A stretch of DNA of 64,000 bases, from contig NOWV01000280.1 of assembly GCA_003344405.1 (NCBI GenBank), positions 1 through 64,000 on the forward strand. Reading direction: 5' to 3'. Shown here one piece after another: positions 15,201 through 28,834 of the stretch. A program made the translations under genes and the position numbers. Below the pieces are notes generated by a model, which did no database searches, was not told the origin of the DNA, and worked only from the letters and a program-made list of their open reading frames with translations. Within the stretch, counting starts at the first letter, position 1; each line of letters opens with the position of its first letter. Source of the stretch: Trichoplax sp. H2. Its lineage: Eukaryota.

Positions 15201-16772
15201 TAAGTTTGAATCAGCAACTTACTATTGCCGTAAGTGAAATCATTACTGAGGCCATGACCTGATGCATCTGCTTCTAATCCATTCTGTCTTTTCCAACCAA
15301 AGTTACTTATTCCAGTTACTTCTTTCCATCCGCATAAGTCATTTTGTAAATTACATTTAATGGACGCTAAAGGAATTGCTAAAAGCAAAGAAGGGTATTG
15401 ATTTTAACGATAATTATACTCTGAATGAGAGAAAATGCAATAATCAAGTATAAGTATCCGTCGAACATCAGACTTTACATAGTTGGATACGCTAGTAAAT
15501 GAGACATAAAAGTTACCGCTCGCTGTAGCATTTTTCATAATTAAGTATAGCACAACTGCTATACTACCTTACAGAAATTTTGCTGTCATAATATTTGAAT
15601 TAAATATTACAAATATAATCGATCTTACATATTTCAAGTTCTAAACATCAAAATTCTAAATCATCTACTACTAATGTGACATAATTAAATATTCGTATCA
15701 ATATTACAGAAGTCATAGCATGAGATCAGGTAGAGTTAATTTTATTTGTGTATTTTTTAAGCGCAAAACACCTATGCATAACTCAGTTTATATACGCGAA
15801 TTGTAAGTAGCACTGTCGACTGCAAGACGTATGGTAAGTAAACAAATAGAAAGGGCTATTATCTTTATTTTAATGGTATATTGTAGTCAGTTCTAGAATA
15901 TACAACAGTCTATACCGATTTCTATATACAATATTAATTTTTAATTAAGAAAAGGGCAATAAGTTAATTATTTTTTTCACGCATTTACACCATATTACTT
16001 CAAATATCTTTACGCTGCCACGCCACTTGATGTAAAATAAAGCTACTAGTTTGCCTCTGTAGGAACTTAAAACTTATTTTTACAGTGGCCTATTTCCAAA
16101 CAATTACAATATCGTTTTTATTTTAATACCCGGTATAGTACTGTGAATAAAGTAACCGATGGAATCGATCCATTCAGAGATCTTATTTTCTTAGTCTTAC
16201 ATTATAAACGAATTAAGATGTAATAAAATGTACAGTGATTCGTTTAAATCGATTAATTTCTGGCTAAATAATACACGAGTTTATATAGTCCGCATTTATG
16301 GACTTAAGTTGAACAAATTTTTACGCAATAATTGCTATTGGATTCTAGGAGAGTATTCTATCTTTAGTTGGAGCAGGAGCTAATGTATAATATTGACTTT
16401 GTTGGGTTTTACACTTTAACTAGTTTCTAGTAAAAATATCATTATTAAAACTATGACACGTAAACACACAAATTCAAAAATTAAATTGAAAATGGTAATC
16501 AAAAATTAAAAAAGATCCTGTTTTACCCTGGAAGACTTGATACATTATGCCCTGGTACTGTATTTTTCAGCTCATTGGAAATCAAACGGTTACATAGGTG
16601 GTAGTAGATTATATTTACCTGAAAAGTTATATATTTTGGCGGACGCTGGATTCCATAACGTTGATCTTTTCTCTTTACTATGGTAGGCCCCATAGGTGCT
16701 GGTTTGATTCAGTAGCAGTAAAACGTAAATCAAACACAGCGATTCTACAGTAAATCGAAATTTCTTTCGCAT
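12209..16772 (-). CDS. Type-I membrane protein, paralog A: signal peptide - MAM - kringle - SRCR - TM - short tail with PPSY and LPDY
   Basis: Exon 1 (16772-16619) encodes a signal peptide plus KEKR-S. MAM exons include CNLQNDLCGW, GYYLIANF...ADLISPP and IALDDLEI. The kringle exon (~13592-13880) reads CYTDKGQSYRG...NYCRNPSG...PWCY. SRCR exons read IKLVG...GRVVVYHEGEWGTVC and IW...C.GNEKRLENC...CNHSEDAVISC. TM is VPFVLISASFFVLVILTLIYI. The tail reads ...APPSYN...LPDYVRATSNARHF*. Confidence 0.82.
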
Positions 16773-17970
16773 TTTTTAACGGTATCACGGTACCAGGTAC
16801 CACTAATTTAAAGCAACTCAAGGGAGAATTAAGCTAAAATAACGGTTTTTTTAAGTCGGTAGTTTCACCATTTAATATCTTTCTAGGTACCACAAGAATC
16901 TTTACTTTCCTTGAACATTATGTAGAGTGGAGCAAATTTAAATAAATTGCATTTGCTTTTACTAAACCTTGATAACACGAAACCATAGTAATCGAATATA
17001 CAGTGCTGGGATACAAAAGTTAAGATACGTAATGCTATCTTATTACCTTCATTGTGGCTATTTGCTGATCCAATTTCTATATTACTACAAAATCTAATCA
17101 ATCCTATTACGGATTGACGATCTAAATGTCCGGCAGGGTTAATCGATGACTACTGGTGATTTTTTAGTAAAATAAGATTAATGACGGGCAACCGAAATAA
17201 TTTATTAATTATGACAATCGATAGCTAACGATAAGTAATTACATAAATAATTATTAATTAGTACTGTAGCTATACATTGTGGACAAATGGCGAGGAAATA
17301 ATGATTCGATTACAAAGACTTAGTGATGTAAATAAAGACATCCGTTCTAACTTTGAAAAATAATAGTAAGTGAATATGATTATAATCAGTCTAAGAATTG
17401 TAGTAGGAAATGGTGGAGTTGAAAGTTATTGGCTACGATCATTTATCTAATTATTTCTTCCCCAAAAATAAAAATAATTGTCCCATGCAATAAAAAGTGT
17501 GGGTGAATAACTGAAGTAAAGTACGTTTGCTGTACAGTATAGTGAGAGACCCTTAATAAAATTGATTGTAGCTGATTAAAAATATTAGGTTTTGTCTATT
17601 AAAATGGCTAAGACTGTAAGTAAGATAACTACTAAATGCCAACGAAAAATACAGTATGTCAAAACTAGCTATTCAGAACGGGTTGATTTCTCACGCTATT
17701 TGTTGATTATAGGTATAAACTCTGTAATGACTTGCCTGAGTCTATGAATCGTTCAGCGGCAGTGATATCAGAAAAATTGGCACTTCAAATGAAGATTAAT
17801 GCAGGCTCTTCTCGAATCTAGTGCAAAACTGTGTATGTTAATTTAGTCATGAAAGAATTAAAGCAAACTTCTTCTGTTTACACTAGTCAAATTCTGATAT
17901 TAAGTGTATATTGAGAAAGACTTTAAAGTATATTTACCGATGTGATCGTATTATAAGGACGGTGCTCTAC

Positions 17971-18170
17971 GTGACAACTTCCTTATACTAGTTCAGTTTG
18001 CATATGCAACTCGACTACTTTCCTATACTAAATAAATTCACGTATACAACCCGACTACTTTCTTATACTAACTGGATTTACGTATTCAACGCGACTGCAT
18101 CCTTATACTAACTAAATTTGCGTATGTAACGCGACTGCTTTGTTATACTAATTCAGTCTAAGTATATACC
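17971..18170. repeat. Degenerate minisatellite, 40-bp unit x5
   Basis: Units such as gcgactgcatccttatactaactaaatttgcgtatgtaac recur at 17971, 18011, 18051, 18091 and 18131. Confidence 0.85.
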
Positions 18171-18572
18171 TCGCTTTGCTGTAGACTTTTGACTTTTTTT
18201 ACCGTTATGAATAATTATTCCTAATTTATGAGATTACCTGTAGCTCCTTATGGCCAGTTTACTGGCTGTTGTTTTGTAGTACTACTAGGGTTCCATCCCC
18301 TCTACATTGTACTGTACGCCCCTATAAGCTTTGTTCTACAGTATGCTCTCTTTAAATAGTTAAGCGGTAGATGCATAACTGCATAGATTACTAATATCAC
18401 GACTCTTCATTGTATGATTACCATATACCAAATGCTATACTACCATCCAGTACGTCAAGTACAGTATGATATGCAGTTAGCACATATTACTTATTAATAT
18501 GGGTATAATGAAGAGATTATCCTATTATAGTGACTACATATAAAGATGTACAAGAACTAGACCCTGCTATAT

Positions 18573-19020
18573 GTATTCCTCTTTCTGATTGTCTATAAAC
18601 TACATGTAGTACGTGATCATCTTGTACAATATATTCCCGTCACTCTTCCATAAATATCACTTATACTGTAAACTTTGAAAATATACAGTATAAGCAGTAG
18701 CTGTGTATTAAAATAAAATGATTTTTTCGTGTGTCTGTATGTTGGTACTTTTCATAACATATATCAAATAAATCTTAATTTAAAAGGTAAGAGGACTATT
18801 TAAATGCACAGTATTCCTCTTTCTGATATGCTATTAACTTCGTACAGTGCATGGTTATATTGTACAACATATTCCTGTTATGCATGCTACCTTTCCATAG
18901 ATTTTACTTCTATTATAAACTTTAAAAATATATAAGCAACATCTATGTATTAAAATAATTTTATCCGTATGTGTGTGGGCTTTGCAGTACATACATTGTA
19001 TGAATTATAATGTAAAAGGT
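18573..19020. repeat. Diverged tandem duplication, ~240-bp unit x2
   Basis: Both copies begin gtattcctctttctgat (18573 and 18811). Both share ttgtacaaYatattcc, ataaacttt/gtaaacttt, gtattaaaataa and taaaaggta. Confidence 0.75.
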
Positions 19021-20709
19021 ATAATTACAGTTGTTATAGTATAACCTACGAAGTATAATGAGCGAGGGATCGACTAGTAAATAGAAAGCAAAAAGTATAA
19101 GTATATTATGCGAGTATAATGAGCGATAGGGTTACTGCGGATAGTAGTCGATTAAGAATTCATTTCTATTGTAATCGTTCTATTTGCTCTCTATTTTTCG
19201 TGTGTGATTATTTTTTTGTTACTTATTTTTAATAAATTGATTCTCCCCTTAATTTTTCATCTGTTATCGAGCTGAAATTAATATCAAAATCATTACTAGG
19301 TTTACAGTAGAGGCTTACCGCATTGGTAAACAATAACACCCACTGTCTACTGAATATTGTAGAGATTTCTAACTAGATTTAGTATGCAACACCGTCGCAT
19401 AAGACAGCCATGGACTACTAGATGTACTACTTAATGAGAAAAGCTTTAAAAAAATCCATGAAATAGCCTACACTATAGAAGTTTTACCTTTATGGCCTGC
19501 GCAGGTTATGCAATATCCGGATCTAATTCAAATGGCTATAATTGCTGCGCTTTGAGTATAGGTATTGCTACTTAATTTTCATACTGATCATCTTTCATTA
19601 AAATGGTATCAATAGCAAAATAACTATATTAGTGGTATAGGTGGAACAAGTATTAACTATGAAAGTTCTTAACCTAGTTTATCTCTACATATCCATCTGC
19701 ACGGCATTAATAATAGTTGCAAATTAGCTCTTACTTTTAGTATTTCGTAGTGGAAATACTGCACGTAGTTTTATCTTGACATTTTTTTGTAAAGTATAGC
19801 CGCTTAAATTTTGGTGTTATTCGGTGACGTCATTATGATTAAATTCTGTAGGCAACAGGATTTTTTTTATTTGTACATTATATGATACAGTAGTTTCTGT
19901 AAAAATAGAAATTGTTCCTACGTTCAATCAATTAATCAAGTTATTTAAAGTTAATCAATACAAGCACGATAATAAAGTTAAAATACATAAAATTATATAG
20001 GATTAAACTCCGTTATTAACGGGCATTAGATTGGACTGCTACTAACGTAAGTAGCAGTATTAGTTTAAATCAAATTATGTATTATTATTGTAAATGAGCA
20101 TGAAACGCTTGGAAGTTAAGGGATCATACGTGTCGATAAGTTATGATATATATATAGAAGATAGAATCCTTATGAATATTGTATGCCCTGTGGAAAACGG
20201 TTAAGATTTCCCTGATGTTATTTTCCGACATCCATAACTTAATTCTAAAGAGGAAAATAATTAAATATTCAAGATACTATTTTAAGAAATACGTATTCAT
20301 ACCTTGAATACGACGTCTAATAGGGGCTTTCACTATTTATATACTCTAAATTAATACTAAATGAAAATATGTTTACTCTTAATACGCCATTCCAACAATA
20401 CGTATTGTTTCATTCAACTTATTATATTTAAATTATCAGTGATCAAAACTTTTAAAACACGGGGCACCATCATATGCCAAAATTTAGCAAAATGCAATCA
20501 CTAGAAGCATATACGTAGATATCTATCTAGCAAATAAACGTCATATTTCATAGGTGATGGAAACGAATAATCGGAAATTAATTGCAATAAAGTAACATAA
20601 AACATATTGTCACTCTTGCACATATTCGAATTCATCAAACTTGTCAATGTCAATTTATTCAAATTGTAAATGCTATAAATAATGCATATTTAGTAGCATA
20701 CAGTTCTCT

Positions 20710-23700
20710 TCAAGTTCTCCTACCGCGGCCAACGACTTGGTTGTACGTTGGCAAGGAACGCTCTAAAAATCAATTGATGTTAATTGATGATATAATAAAA
20801 TATAGTGATAATACTATCATAAAGCAGATTGACAGAAGATTATAACAAAATCCTATAATAGCGTGTCACTAATAGTTATCTTATCCTACCTAAAATACGA
20901 ATTTGTTGCCCTTGGATTATTGTAGGCTGATCATGAACTGCAAATGATTGGTGGCCAATAGGTGTTGTCGGGCAATAAGCTGGTAAACTAGCATTTGAGT
21001 TTGACGTAGCTAAACTTTGATGTATCCTGTCATATAATCCAGCTATATACCAAATACGGATATAGTGTAAATTCATTAAAAACATTTCTAATTAACATAG
21101 AACTAAGTAACGCTACTAAATAGCATAACTTTGAAATAAAAAATATTGTCAAAGTTATTGTCTCAATCGATAATACCTTTACAAAAAAATTGCAGAAAAT
21201 TAAGAATTGATTTTACCTGGTATATTTGTCGACCGATTTCTTGCTGACGAGTATCTTCGTCGAATCCGTATGAAGGCCACTACGATGGTCAGTACTAAAC
21301 CAACACTCCCAGCGATTGTTATCAAAGCAACAATTGTAATACTTTTTTGTGTATCTGTTATAGCAAAACACGATGAAATTAATGTCAATAGATATTATGA
21401 TTAAGCTGAAATGTTGATAAAAGTAAAAGTCATTTCGTACATAATTAATACTTACAAGGAGAGCATCCTGATAAGTTTATTTTTTCAATTAAAATTGCAC
21501 CACCATTAGTATTATCTGCTGTATCATAGACCGCTACAATTCGTATCTGAAATTAATATGACTCTTAATTTTATCAAGCAACGATGACATCTTATGTCTA
21601 ATTAACAAACAAGATGTCTAATTTTCTCTATTATTAAAAATACCTCTATTAAATTATCCTTATATCTTAAACACGAAATTAACTACATAAAATATACTTG
21701 AAAACTTTTTCCCGGTGGATAAAAGCTAAATGCTCGCTGGATCCATACATCATTTTGAAATGATCCCAACTGAATAGTATTAATATTATGTGTAAATGCA
21801 TTATCATCCAAATATTCGATAATCAGCTTCTTTACGCCACTGCCGGTATTTAAATATTTGAAAAACATCTATGTAATATGAAGCAATTAGCTATTAGTTA
21901 GAATCATTGAGGTATGGATTTCAATACACTATAAAGGTACCATAATGACACTCAAATGTAATCTATAATCTTTGATATAGTATCATAGCACATTTTACTG
22001 CATGATAACGTTAATATATGGGCCACAGCAAACATATCTTAATGTAAGTTTATCAAATACTGAAAATAACATTTTAATAGTAATTATATCTTAAATATAT
22101 TTTAAATAATACTATCGCAACTATACTTATGAGCACCAAATTATTCGTAAATTATCGTAAAATGCTCATAATTAATATAAATCTGATACCTGAACTGTAG
22201 AACTTTTTCTTAATCTAGGACTTAGGAGAGTAGCCCTACCATCACTCTTCGTTTTTTGCATTGCAAGGGTTAAATATATGAATGACATATCTACAATTGT
22301 AATATAGAAATAATTTTATTTATTTTGAATTCAATTCAACTGGAGAGGGTTTCGAATTTATAATAAGTTTTATTACTATTTTGTATAACTGTTAGGTTAA
22401 CTATAGTCCTGATTTAATGAGTAGAATACGCTATCGCACTTTTACTTACCATTATTGGAGAAGATTGGTGAAAAATGATACCCATTTTTGTGCCAAAGCC
22501 ATTTCAGATCATTTGTTATTAAATTTTTCCATTGACAGAATCCGTTTGAAAAATCACATTTCATGGCGGCATCACTACTATCTGAATATGACATGCAATA
22601 ATAGTTTTAATCGTTTCAAATATTTACTTGCACCTTCACATGTATCAGCTAATTTTAAAATTCTCCTATATACATTAATATACCAGTTTCACATGTGACG
22701 GATGCTGCTGCTTCTGTGTTGCAACTGTTCACTCCGGGTTGAATAGAGTAACTGCATTGACGGAAAGAACTTTCATACCCATTGCACGATATGGACGTCA
22801 GCAATGTTCTCCAGGTCCTCTTAGGAAAATATTTACCTAAATATGTAATACAAATAAGTAAAATTTTTTGATAAACCCTTTACCCTAAAGGCTATCATAT
22901 TCGTTAATTCTTTGCAGATCTTACCATAACTTCTTTTAGCCCCAACAAATCCCAACGTTCGACAAACGACATCGGCAGTTTTGATATTCCAATCTAAATC
23001 GCAAATTATTCCTTTACTACCATTAAGGTTGACAACAACTATGCCTTCGTTGCTGCTGCCACCTAATAATTCCACGCTTATTGGTGCTTTATTGATTGGA
23101 GTAACAGTAGAAATTGCTACAAAAATTCGAAATAATCAGTTATGATTACAAGCTTCAATTAAACTGCTGAATTAAAAGATCAGATCACAGTTCAGATCGG
23201 AATAAAGATTGCCTAAGCGTATGAATCTTACATTTATTATCATTTAATGGTCCACAGCGTACTCCTACATCCTCTTGGTGAATGCAATAGGAGGAATTCC
23301 AAGAGATAGTACATTCCGATAGATCCTTCGAATAACTAAAGCAGTCCAAACGTTCAATCCAAATTCTACCAGAGCCCGAACTAATAGAATGTTCTATAAT
23401 CAGAAAGATATCCAGTGAGACTTTCATTTATACTAAAATTCCTGATATATTTGAATTTTTTATTTTTTTTTATGAAATCATCATTGAAGTATAGGTATGT
23501 CAATCAACAAGATCATTACGACAAGGTATAAAATTTACCACAACTGAAATATGGCATAATTCTAACAGTAAACCTATAAAATATCGCTATCCTTAAGCTT
23601 TTACCATATTATTATAATTATTCTATGCCGTGCTTACTCAATCTGTATCCCGGTGTTGGTAATCCAAGTTGACGACAAATGGTTGTAGCGGAAGCCGTTC

Positions 23701-26700
23701 CAAAATTTTGATTACAGACTGTTCCCCACTGTCCATATTGGTACACTACAACTCGCCCATAATTTGCTTGCCCACCAACTAACTTAACAGGAATTCGATC
23801 TAAAAATATTTGAAACAGCTTAGCAAACTAATTTACTATCTTTAAAGTACAGAGTAAGTTTACTACTAGAGAATCTTAATGTTTCATATAAGTCTTCACT
23901 GCTTACGTCCTCCAGGATAGCCTGATAATTGTTTAATTGAACTAGGAAGACACTGGGTTACGCCACAGTATTCCCAACTTCCGTTTGATGAGCCACTTGT
24001 CACATAACACCACGGTCTTGACCGGAGACCTCCAGGGTTGCGGCAGTAATTTCGCTTTATGTCATCCATCGGATACACACGCGGATTAAACCTGGCTAAT
24101 AAATTCCATGCAAGACACGTCAAGCCACTTTCCGTAAAAGAATTTGTCCCGCGAAAAAATCTTCCATTTCCAGTTACACAATTGATTTCTGATAAAGCAA
24201 CCAGAATTAAATTTCTGTAAAGCTAATTTCTTACTTATACACGATGGATAGGTACTTAGTATGAAATAAACTGTTACACTCCTAAGTGATTGCTTTAAGA
24301 TCTTTATATTTTGAACTCATATTGTCAGTTAGATTTCAGTACCTTGACCGTAGACAGCTATATCATCAATGGCAATATCGCTTTTATAACTATCACCAAT
24401 TATTCCGCGGAAAAATATCTATGTTTGGTAACATAAAATTGGTTATTGAATAAATATACTCGTATAACACATGAATAGCATGAGAATTAGATATATGTCC
24501 AGATAAAAATATAATATTTTATTCAGTTTATGAATCTTTCGTATTTTTAGATGCATGCAAACAAGTACCATAGCAAGATATTCAACTATTTCTTATAAAT
24601 GTATGATGTAAAAGCAGCTCTATAGGAATCAATCACTAACATGATATTCATTGTATTGAGGGTGAAACTGCAAATGATGCGTTAGCCAGTGACTTCCTTG
24701 GTTGCCTTGTTTTACGTTTAATAGCTTCTCTGTAAAGTTATATTTTGCATAAATGACATATACTTCCAAACTTCCTATTCCATCACCATGCATATTGTAA
24801 TCGAAACGGACCTGTATAAAAAATTCATGAATATCACACTTTTACCGGTATAAAATCCCAATTATACATAGGGTAGTTCATAGATTAAAATTCAACCTTG
24901 GCGAATAGTAGAAGTTTACGGTATGGTAGCGTGCGGTGTTAAACTGTTAACTAGTATATGTTAATATCTGTGATACAGTAGTTAGAAAAACTTTTCAAAT
25001 GACAAATGATTACAAGTCCTGTCTTGACTGTCAAGTTGTACTGCCGAATCAATGACCTACGACGACCTGAATATCGACATTAGAAAACTCACGTTCACTG
25101 TATAGACATTTCTTGGAGTATACAAAGGTGGACTTAATAAATCGGCGAAATCTCCTTTCGTACGAGGAGCGGAAGCTTCTATATACAGATAGTGCCCGGA
25201 GCCTATATCATATAAAATAGAAAACAGTATGGGTTAATAGAATTCAATGCTAATTCCGGATAATTTAATGCCCTACATAAAATGAAATTGAAATACAACT
25301 TCATGCTGATCGAAGATAAAACTTATTAAAATCTGCTAATTACTTGCGAACGGTTATCACGGTAAAATCAGGGTTACGAATCGATACTAAAATACAGAAT
25401 ACTGTATAATATTTCACTGCGTGAAAGTACACCGAATCATTCTTAACAACTATCTCAAACTTACTGTCTTAAGGCTGTCATTACGAATAATAATACCACT
25501 GAGACTAAGAATATACAGTATTCCATAAACCGTCTGCAACTGCTTATCGTATATCTATTTCGAAGGTTATTAAAAATTTTTTCATAACTACAATGTCTTG
25601 TTAATACTGGTACAATGGCTGTAGCTTATGTGTGATGTTAACATACAATGATTCTCTATGAATCACTTAATAGGAGATGAGAGTGCTGATCTGCATCATG
25701 ACAAAACTTCTAGAGATATGCACGTACAGGGGTAGCGAATGTAAAAGTTACAAGGCGTCCTTATTGAACAAAATTACCATATCATATTATGAAAAACAAC
25801 ATACTGTTTTTAAATGTGTTATCAAATTGCGGTCCAGTCCCAAAACTTGGTGTTGGACCGGTACGCCTAGTCCAATCAAAGGTGTCAATGCCTGATATTT
25901 GTGACCACCCGCATAGGTCATGCTCGAAATTGCAGCTTGTAGAATACTTCGGATTACCTATTGTCGACATAAAGCAGCTTTTAAACACAAACAAGAAATG
26001 CTAACGTCGTAAGTAAGTATGCTTTACTAATAATTAGTTTATAGATTAGATAACAGATTTATTTATATTTTATAATCGACAAACATTTGCAATTAAAATT
26101 GGATAAAATTTGTATGGGAACTTTACTAGTTTATGTAATAAACTAAGTTTACAAGATACTGTACGTGTCGTTGTTGTTTTATTATTTTGAAGACATTTTA
26201 TAACAAAATGATACCCAAATTTTCTTATTTATTCAAAATTATCTTTCGAGGTAAATTTGAAATAGTGCATGTTGTTGAAATAGACAGATTCTAATCGAAT
26301 CGCAAGGCTATATTAGTTATTCATGGCAATATCTTTAATGATGAGCTACCTTAATTTAGATATACGTACTTATTACATACGTATAGATGTAATATGCGAA
26401 ACAAGTTCTGGCAGCAATTATTTCTTTAATTGTTATACTAGTCTATGCAATATTACTTAAAAACTCGTACATAAATATTTGTATCTAGTATTATGATCGG
26501 AATGAGTTGTTATGGTTTTACAGAATTAACGGACTATAAAAGAATATTCACTTCACTTCAACAAGATATTATGCTGTAATGCATGTACTTAACAAGTCAG
26601 TATCTAAAACAACATTAAAGAAGTATTCAATCTTTTCACCCTTTAATAGATATTAATTTGCTACTTGGTAAGCACCACGAACTACTACAGAATATACAGA

Positions 26701-28098
26701 CTATCGTTGTTGATGGCGGTCTAATTGGTACGAAGATATGTTCAGTTTCGCATGTCTCAGGTGTGAGGGAATCAATAAATGGACATCCATCTACGATCCA
26801 TTAGGACAAAGCGGCGCGACAGTAACATAGGAATGAATACGACCATTGTTACTTATCATGTCTGCACGCAGTTATCTAAGTAGCTCATTTAAATATAACA
26901 ATGGCATTACATCCACAACTGATAAAAGAGAATAAAACCGCTGTCACGACAATGGAGACATTATCCATTCATTTACGCAGTCAATAGGTCGAATACGTCA
27001 CGATCAAATTGTTTTAATAAATTTTGTGAACGTGAATAGTTTGGGTCGGAGATTGCTAGATGATGGAAATTATAGACTGGCTCATCTATAGTACGGAATG
27101 TCTATCGAATCAAAATAACGAAATTGTTGACTGGAACGCTCTACTCGTAGTTTATTTAATCAATCTACAGTAAATTCACTGACGAAAAATGGGTTCTATT
27201 TATGAAATTGTTTCGATCACTGTTTCGGTAACCATTGAGTCGTATTTTTGTGCTTGCTTAAGCCGTCACCTCCAATTAGTATCCTTAACTTTTTTTATTT
27301 AATATGATACTGTCAGGCCAACTTTGAAACAGATGTAGCGACAATCGGTAGTTTCAATGTTGGTTCTTGGGTTAATTTATTGGCTATAGTTCAGTTTAAA
27401 ATGAGTTTTTTCTTTTCGTAGTAGTATGTAGTACCGTATAGTAAACTCCTAGTACAGATTACATTAATTAATTAATCAATTCGTCCATTCATTGAATACT
27501 GATTTAAATAAATTAATGGACTCTATATCAACTCATGTCGCAAGCATTTGACGTACTGCAAATCTTCAAACGAGAACTAATAAGCGATTTTGAATAGAAA
27601 CCGCTTTACGGCAATCATGTCGAGAATAAGTTTACAATTTGACTGCAACGATTTCTTAACTTTATTCATAAAGCAAAAACAATACTTCAAGTCAGTATTT
27701 TCCGGCGCCATTGATTTGGGTAGTCCATAGTGATTATTATGCCACGGATTTATTGTTTACAATATACACTATATACGCACAGTAGTATACTGTTTGAAAC
27801 CGTTCTGAAGTTATTTTCATTTAAGAGGGTGGGAAAAAAGAGTGGAACACTAGGGGCGATTGTCAAATTATTGATAATCATGGTAACAAGGAATGTTTAA
27901 AAACAATTTAAATTAAGAAACATTTTGACGAAATTTAACCTAGTTACCTGTGAAATCATAGATCGATGGCTGGTTGTAACTATTCGAACGTCTGGGACGA
28001 TGTAAATCACTGTACGCGTGTACCGGTTGATAACATAACAAGATAACTAGTTCGACCATCAGGAAAGTGATCCCTTTGAATGGACGATACTTTTCCAT
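20710..28098 (-). CDS. Type-I membrane protein, paralog B: signal peptide - MAM - kringle - SRCR - SRCR - MAM - TM - tail with LPAY and LPTY
   Basis: Exon 1 (28098-27948, not in the ORF track) reads MEKYRPFKGITFLMVELVILLCYQPVHAYSDLHRPRRSNSYNQPSIYDFT-G. MAM1 reads CNFEHDLCGW...W.R..G.TPS..TGP, GHYLYIEAS...ADLLSP, F.YNMHG.GIGSLEV and DIAIDDI. Kringle is at ~23905-24188, SRCRs at ~23237-23799 and ~22684-23117, MAM2 starts CDFSNGFCQW (~22450-22581), and TM is at ~21280-21345. The last exon reads RSLPTYNQVVGRGRRT* (stop 20710-20712). Confidence 0.85.
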
Positions 28099-28527
28099 GA
28101 TTACAGTAATAGTGATTGATTTTTACGGTAAAATGCGTAATTACGAATTGGTTGCTCTCTAGATCAAGACGCCAACGTTGAGCTTTAATTGACCTCTAGT
28201 GCCTTGTCGATAAATAAATTATTCTAATTGATCTTCCCGTAAAATAACTTTTCTTCTGCAGTAAAGTCAATCCAAGTCTTCTGTCGACAATATTGCTTGA
28301 TTGGGACTGAAATAGTGTGGTATGAGACTGATTGAAGGGCTGCAGACCATATTTATATCCAGTGAGAGCCTAACAATAACAATCGTCGAAGAATACATGT
28401 ATCATAAACAACATTATGAATGAAAAACCGCTTTGATAGTTTTGGTTTTCGACCTACTATAGGTTAGTAAGGTTTAGTACTTTACTTTAGAAAGCGTCAT
28501 TATGCAAGTGTAAACACAGTCATTTCC

Positions 28528-28832
28528 CAGTACAGTGTACAGTACAAGGCAGTACAGTGCACAGTCTACAGTACTGTACAGTACAGTACTGTACATCAAA
28601 CTAGTGTATTGTACTGTCCTGTACTGTACACTGTACCCTACAGTACTGTATACTGTATGTTACAGTATCATGTACTGTATTGTACAGTACTGTACTGTAA
28701 AAGTTGTGGCAAACAAGTTGAAACAACCAACCCGATCGACCGACGTCGGACGCTAGTTAACGGAGTCAAGTTTGTCACCAGTAATAGAAATTGGACGAAT
28801 ACTAGAGTACTATACAGTATACAGTACTGTAC
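28528..28832. promoter_or_regulatory. Dense CAGTA/TACTG pentamer cluster; putative bidirectional promoter between receptor paralog B (-) and the structured ncRNA (+)
   Basis: About 170 bp of near-continuous cagta/tactg units (28528-28700) plus 28806-28832. The same motif sits at the other gene starts in this window. Promoter function is inferred from position. Confidence 0.55.
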
Positions 28833-28834
28833 GA

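Noticed and set aside
17971..18170. CRISPR-like array (also 46097-46220)
   Set aside because: These are head-to-tail degenerate units without unique spacers, in a eukaryotic context with no cas genes.
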